Assembly: GCA_963761335.1 (NCBI GenBank)
Contig: CAVXGR010000018.1
Span: 96,001-160,000, forward strand
Direction: 5' to 3'
Length of the DNA stretch: 64,000 nt
Source: an uncultured delta proteobacterium
GTDB lineage: Bacteria > Desulfobacterota > Binatia > HRBIN30 > BPIQ01
In this document: positions 59,936-64,000 of the stretch, piece after piece
How positions within the stretch are numbered: position 1 is the first letter of the stretch
Layout: each line of letters opens with the position of its first letter
Program-made: the position numbers and the translations under genes
The notes under the pieces: model-generated
The model's database searches: none
Told to the model about the DNA's origin: nothing
What the model saw: only the letters and a program-made list of their open reading frames with translations

Positions 59936-61143
59936 TGAGGCAGGAGATGCCCATGGAATCATCGGCCACCGGCGCATCGCCGCTGGTGGGGAAGCTGCTC
60001 GTCGTCGACGACGAGCCGGATCTCGAGCTGTTGATCCGACAAAAGTTTCGCCGCCAGATTCGCAACGATCAGTTCCGTTTCGTCTTTGCGCGCAACGGCG
60101 TCGAAGCGTTGCAGAAGCTGCGCGACGAGCCGGACATCGACATCGTCCTGACGGACATCAACATGCCCGAGATGGACGGCCTGACACTGCTGATCAAGCT
60201 GAGCGAGCTCAACCTGCTGCTCAAAGCCGTCATCGTCTCGGCATACGGGGACATGGAAAACATCCGCACCGCGATGAATCGCGGCGCCGCCGATTTTTTG
60301 ACCAAGCCGATCGACTTCCAGGACTTCGAGATCACGGTGACCAAGACCCTGCAGCAGCTGCAGATGCTCAAAGAGGCGGTGCACGAGCACGACCAGCTGC
60401 TGACCATTCGTCACGAGCTCGACCTGGCCCGTGACCTCCAGCAGTCCATCTTGCCCCGGACGCTTCCCGGCTTCCCGCCGCGCACGGACTTCGACATCTC
60501 CGCCACGATGCTGCCGGCCCGTGAGATCGGCGGCGACTTCTACGATTACTTTCTGCTCGACGACGAGCACCTGGCGCTGGTGATCGCCGACGTCTCGGGG
60601 AAGGGGATGCCCGCCGCCCTCTTCATGGCGATCAGCCGCAGCCTTCTCAAGTCGACGGCGCTGCAGCACATGCCTCCCGGCGAGTGCTTGCAGCACGTCA
60701 GCAACCTGCTCTGCCTGGACAATAGCTCGGAGATGTTCGTGACCGTCTTCTACGCGATTCTCAACACGCGCACCGGCGAGATCGTCTACAGCAACGGCGG
60801 TCACAACCCACCCTGCCTGGTCCGGCGTGAGGGCGTCCACCTCCTGCCGGGTACCGGCGGCATGGTCCTGGGCGCCTTCCCCGACGTGCGGTACGACGCC
60901 AAGACGGCCCGGCTGGAATCCGGCGATGCCCTGTTCCTCTATACCGACGGCGTCACCGAGGCGATGGACGGCGACGGCGCCCTGTTCTCGGATCGCCGTC
61001 TTCTGGCATCGCTGAATCAGCTTCGGGAGGCTTCTCCGGAGGCGATGATCCACGGTGTCGTCGAGGAAGTGAAACGCTATTCGGCCGGCGTGCCGCAGAG
61101 TGACGACATCACGGTGCTGGCGCTCACCTATCGGGGATCGTGA
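59932..61143 (+). CDS. Receiver + PP2C/SpoIIE phosphatase (RsbU-like; start may be 59953)
   Basis: LVVDDEPD, LTDINMPEMDG; GGDFYD, IADVSGKGMPAA, YTDGVTEA, QSDDIT. Confidence 0.94.
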   Translation: MMRQEMPMESSATGASPLVGKLLVVDDEPDLELLIRQKFRRQIRNDQFRFVFARNGVEALQKLRDEPDIDIVLTDINMPEMDGLTLLIKLSELNLLLKAVIVSAYGDMENIRTAMNRGAADFLTKPIDFQDFEITVTKTLQQLQMLKEAVHEHDQLLTIRHELDLARDLQQSILPRTLPGFPPRTDFDISATMLPAREIGGDFYDYFLLDDEHLALVIADVSGKGMPAALFMAISRSLLKSTALQHMPPGECLQHVSNLLCLDNSSEMFVTVFYAILNTRTGEIVYSNGGHNPPCLVRREGVHLLPGTGGMVLGAFPDVRYDAKTARLESGDALFLYTDGVTEAMDGDGALFSDRRLLASLNQLREASPEAMIHGVVEEVKRYSAGVPQSDDITVLALTYRGS

Positions 61144-61601
61144 CGGCGATCGTCGCAAGCGCACAGATGAGCCAAGCGACCGCGACCCTGAAGAATCAGC
61201 TCTCGGAGCTCGCCCGGCTGAGTCGCTTCGTCGAAAGCTTCGGCGCGCAGCACGGTCTTTCCGCCCAGACAGTTTTCGAGCTCACCCTCGCTCTGGATGA
61301 AGTGCTGACGAACATCATCTCGTATGCCTACGAGGACAGCCGCGCCCATGACATCGTCGTCCGCTTGATGGAAGCGAAGGCGGTTGAGGGCCGTCACCTG
61401 AGCGTGCAGGTCGAGGACGACGGGCGGCCGTTCAATCCGTTGGAGGTCCGCGCTTCTCGGACCGACGTGCCGCTCGAAGCGCGGAGCATCGGGGGGCTTG
61501 GTATCCATCTCGTGCGCAAGGTGATGGAGCAGTTGGAGTATTGCCGGCAAGACGGCAAGAACGTGCTGATGATGCGCAAGACAATCGCGGAGACTCGCTA
61601 G
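61140..61601 (+). CDS. Anti-sigma factor / serine kinase (RsbW/SpoIIAB-like)
   Basis: LALDEVLTNIISYAY, EDDGRPFNP, IGGLGIHLVRK. Confidence 0.92.
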   Translation: MTAIVASAQMSQATATLKNQLSELARLSRFVESFGAQHGLSAQTVFELTLALDEVLTNIISYAYEDSRAHDIVVRLMEAKAVEGRHLSVQVEDDGRPFNPLEVRASRTDVPLEARSIGGLGIHLVRKVMEQLEYCRQDGKNVLMMRKTIAETR

Positions 61602-61626
61602 GGCGAGCTCCTCCGGGGAGGCACAC

Positions 61627-61968
61627 ATGGAGATCTCGGAAGGCAAGAAGAGCGGGGTGGTGATTCTCTCCGTCAAGGGGCGGCTGGACGCCTCCAATGC
61701 GGCAACCCTCGAGCAGCAGCTCCTGGCATTGATCGATGCCGGGGAGCAGCGCCTGGTCCTCGACGGGGCAGGGCTCGACTACATCAGCAGCGCCGGCCTG
61801 CGCGTGCTGCTCGTCGCCGCCAAGCGCCTCCGCTCCGGCGGCGGCGGGATCGCCCTGGCGGCGCTGCGGGATCCCGTCAAAGAGGTGCTCGACATCGCCG
61901 GCTTCTCATCCATCTTCAAGCTCTACCGCACCGCGGACGAGGCGGTCGCTGCAGTCGCCGGGGGGTAG
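61627..61968 (+). CDS. STAS anti-anti-sigma factor (RsbV/SpoIIAA-like)
   Basis: GRLDASNA, LDYISSAGLRVLL, VLDIAGF. Confidence 0.93.
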   Translation: MEISEGKKSGVVILSVKGRLDASNAATLEQQLLALIDAGEQRLVLDGAGLDYISSAGLRVLLVAAKRLRSGGGGIALAALRDPVKEVLDIAGFSSIFKLYRTADEAVAAVAGG

Positions 61969-61978
61969 GGCCGCCCGA

Positions 61979-62791
61979 TCAGACGTAGTTTCGGCGCAAC
62001 ATCTCCGCCGCCGACTCGTCGAGCTGGTCGCCGCGGCGCACCTCCTCGAAGCGCCCGAGCAGATCGTCGACACGCAGCCGCCGCTTCTCCGCCCCGCGAA
62101 GGTCGTGGATGACCCGGCCGCGGTGCATCATCACGAGCCGGTCGCCGAGATTGGCCGCTTGTTGCATCGAGTGCGTCACCATCAATGTCGTCAGCGCGTC
62201 GCGCCGGATGACCTCCTCGCTGAGACGGATGACCTGATCGGCGCTCTTGGGATCGAGGGCCGCCGTGTGCTCATCGAGGAGCAGAAGTCGCGGCTTGAGC
62301 CAGGTCGCCATGAGCAACGTCAACGCCTGGCGTTGGCCGCCCGAGAGGCTGCCGATGGCGTTGTCCAGGCGATCCTCGAGCCCCATTCCCAACCGCCGGA
62401 TGCGCTCGCGGATCGCGCCCGCGACGTCGCCGCGCAGCGCCCAGCCAAGCCCGCGGCGCTGCCCGCGCCGCGCCGCCAGCGCGATATTCTCTGCAATGGA
62501 CATATCCGGAGCGGTACCACTGAACGGACTCTGAAAGACGCGGCCAATCAGCCGTGCCCGCCGGTGCTCCGGCCACCGGGTCACGTTCCGGCCGGCGAGC
62601 CGGATGGAGCCCGCCTCCACGAAAAATGTTCCCGCAACCGCATTGAGCAACGTCGACTTTCCGGAGCCGTTGGTGCCGATGACGATGACGAACGAGCCTT
62701 CGTCGACCGTCAAGGTGACATCTTCGAGCGCCATCACCTCGTTCGGGGTGCCGCGATTGAACGTCTTGCGGATGTTGCGCACCTCAAGCAT
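61979..62791 (-). CDS. ABC transporter ATP-binding protein
   Basis: KTFNRGTPNE, GTNGSGKST, LSGGQRQAL, LLLDEHTAALDP. Confidence 0.95.
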   Translation of the reverse strand: MLEVRNIRKTFNRGTPNEVMALEDVTLTVDEGSFVIVIGTNGSGKSTLLNAVAGTFFVEAGSIRLAGRNVTRWPEHRRARLIGRVFQSPFSGTAPDMSIAENIALAARRGQRRGLGWALRGDVAGAIRERIRRLGMGLEDRLDNAIGSLSGGQRQALTLLMATWLKPRLLLLDEHTAALDPKSADQVIRLSEEVIRRDALTTLMVTHSMQQAANLGDRLVMMHRGRVIHDLRGAEKRRLRVDDLLGRFEEVRRGDQLDESAAEMLRRNYV

Positions 62792-63722
62792 TCGGCACGA
62801 GCTCCCCGCGCCGGCGCACGCTGCGCAGCACGTTCGGCAGGACCAACGCCACGAACACGAAGGCGGCCGTGATGAGCTTGAGGTCGTTCGGGTTGAGGCC
62901 GGCGCGCAAGGCAATGGCGATGAGCAGGCGGAACAGCACCGAGCCCATCACCGAGCCGACGATGACCAGCCCGAGCTGCGGCGTGCCCACCAGGGCCTCG
63001 CCGATGATCACACTGGCCAGGCCCCAGACCACCATGCCGATGCCCATCTGCACGTCGGCGAACCCCTGATACTGTGCCAGCAGCGCGCCTGCCAGGGCGA
63101 TCAGCCCGTTCGATACGGCGAGGCCGAGGATGGTCATGTTCTCCACGTTCACCCCCAGGGCCCGCACCATTTGTGCGTTGTTGCCGGTGGCGCGCATCGC
63201 CGTCCCCAGGTTCGTCCGGAAGAACGCGTACAGCAGGAGGCTCGCCAGGGCGACCACACCCGTCATCAGGACGAGCACCGAAGCGTCCCGCGTGTTCACT
63301 TCCCAGCCGAGCACGTTCACACTGGGGGCACCGCCCAGAGCCCGCGTGCCCAGGCGCTCCGCGATCGTCGCCAGCGAGTCGACGGACAACAGCGGAACGT
63401 TGCTCTTGCCCATGACGTGCAGGTTCACCGAGTACAGCGCGGTCATCACCAGAATGCCTGCCAGGAGGCCGTTGATGTGGAACTTCGTGTGCAGCACCCC
63501 CGTCGTCGCGCCCGCCACGAGGCCGCCACAGAAACCCGCCAGCGTTGCCCACACCGGGTTGACGCCGCCGACGAGCAGCACTGCGGCGATGGAGGCACCC
63601 AAGGTGATGGAGCCGTCGGCGGTGATATCCGGAAAGTCGAACACCCGGAAGCTGATGAACACGCCCAGCGCCAGCAGCGACAGGATCAAGCCGATCGTCA
63701 GTGCGCCGATGAGTAGCGTCAT
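62784..63722 (-). CDS. ABC transporter permease (branched-chain/aromatic amino acid type)
   Basis: FPDITADGS, LLAGILVMTALYSVNL, GTAMRATGNN, QYQGFADV.MGIG. Confidence 0.92.
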   Translation of the reverse strand: MTLLIGALTIGLILSLLALGVFISFRVFDFPDITADGSITLGASIAAVLLVGGVNPVWATLAGFCGGLVAGATTGVLHTKFHINGLLAGILVMTALYSVNLHVMGKSNVPLLSVDSLATIAERLGTRALGGAPSVNVLGWEVNTRDASVLVLMTGVVALASLLLYAFFRTNLGTAMRATGNNAQMVRALGVNVENMTILGLAVSNGLIALAGALLAQYQGFADVQMGIGMVVWGLASVIIGEALVGTPQLGLVIVGSVMGSVLFRLLIAIALRAGLNPNDLKLITAAFVFVALVLPNVLRSVRRRGELVPNA

Positions 63723-64000
63723 GCCGAGTTTCGCCCCGTGACCATGGCGGAGATGGGGCCGATCCAGCAGGCGCCGCGCACGAAGTCGCTCTGCCCGGCG
63801 CCGCTGATCTCGCGATCGTCGGTGAGCAGGTGCAGGACGCCCTGCAAGGTCTCGGCTTCGAGGAGCGTCGCCACCGTGGCCGCGAGATCGATGTCGCCCT
63901 TCTGCATGGGCCGATACGAAAAGGCGGCGGCGTGAAAGTGTCCGGCGGCGGGTGCGCCGGCCGCCAGGGGTCGGAGAAACGCGGACAGCTCCGGCGGCGC
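63719..64000 (-). CDS. C-terminal part of hypothetical protein (5' truncated by window edge)
   Basis: Frame open from 64000: APPELSAFLRPL...GHFHAAAFSYRPMQKG...VLHLLTDDR..GAGQSDFVRGACW; ATGA overlap with the permease start. Confidence 0.7.
   Translation of the reverse strand, partial: APPELSAFLRPLAAGAPAAGHFHAAAFSYRPMQKGDIDLAATVATLLEAETLQGVLHLLTDDREISGAGQSDFVRGACWIGPISAMVTGRNSA

Overview
High-GC bacterial chromosomal window. Gene content suggests a Deltaproteobacteria-like or Candidatus Binatia-like lineage (inference only). Housekeeping core: 3' end of secA, a MenB/BadI-type crotonase, efp, kup, a nuoB-nuoF-nuoG mini-cluster, tRNA-Val(GAC)-thrS-rpmI-rplT-pheS-pheT-ihfA-merR with infC missing, tRNA-Pro(GGG)-surE-nlpD-like-apt-archease-rtcB, and moeA-ispF. 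Accessory highlights: (1) a decayed integron with an IntI C-terminal remnant, a DUF433/PIN toxin-antitoxin cassette and an attC-like site; (2) a secreted FG-GAP protein with a dockerin-like tail directly upstream of a 1493-aa protein with three cohesin-like and five DUF11-like domains on Thr/Pro linkers, a candidate non-cellulosomal cohesin-dockerin scaffold; (3) a six-gene minus-strand cluster of a CX4CH cytochrome-like protein, two DUF1800/DUF1501 pairs and an unknown HExxH protein; (4) a two-kinase, REC-PP2C, RsbW, RsbV partner-switching cluster. Intergenic DNA carries several repeat families (GTAG REP doublets, a MITE-like element with 32-bp inverted repeats, 8- and 9-mer arrays). Several frame disruptions cluster in the first 8 kb and may be sequencing errors. 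All family calls come from motif recognition by eye, with no database searches.
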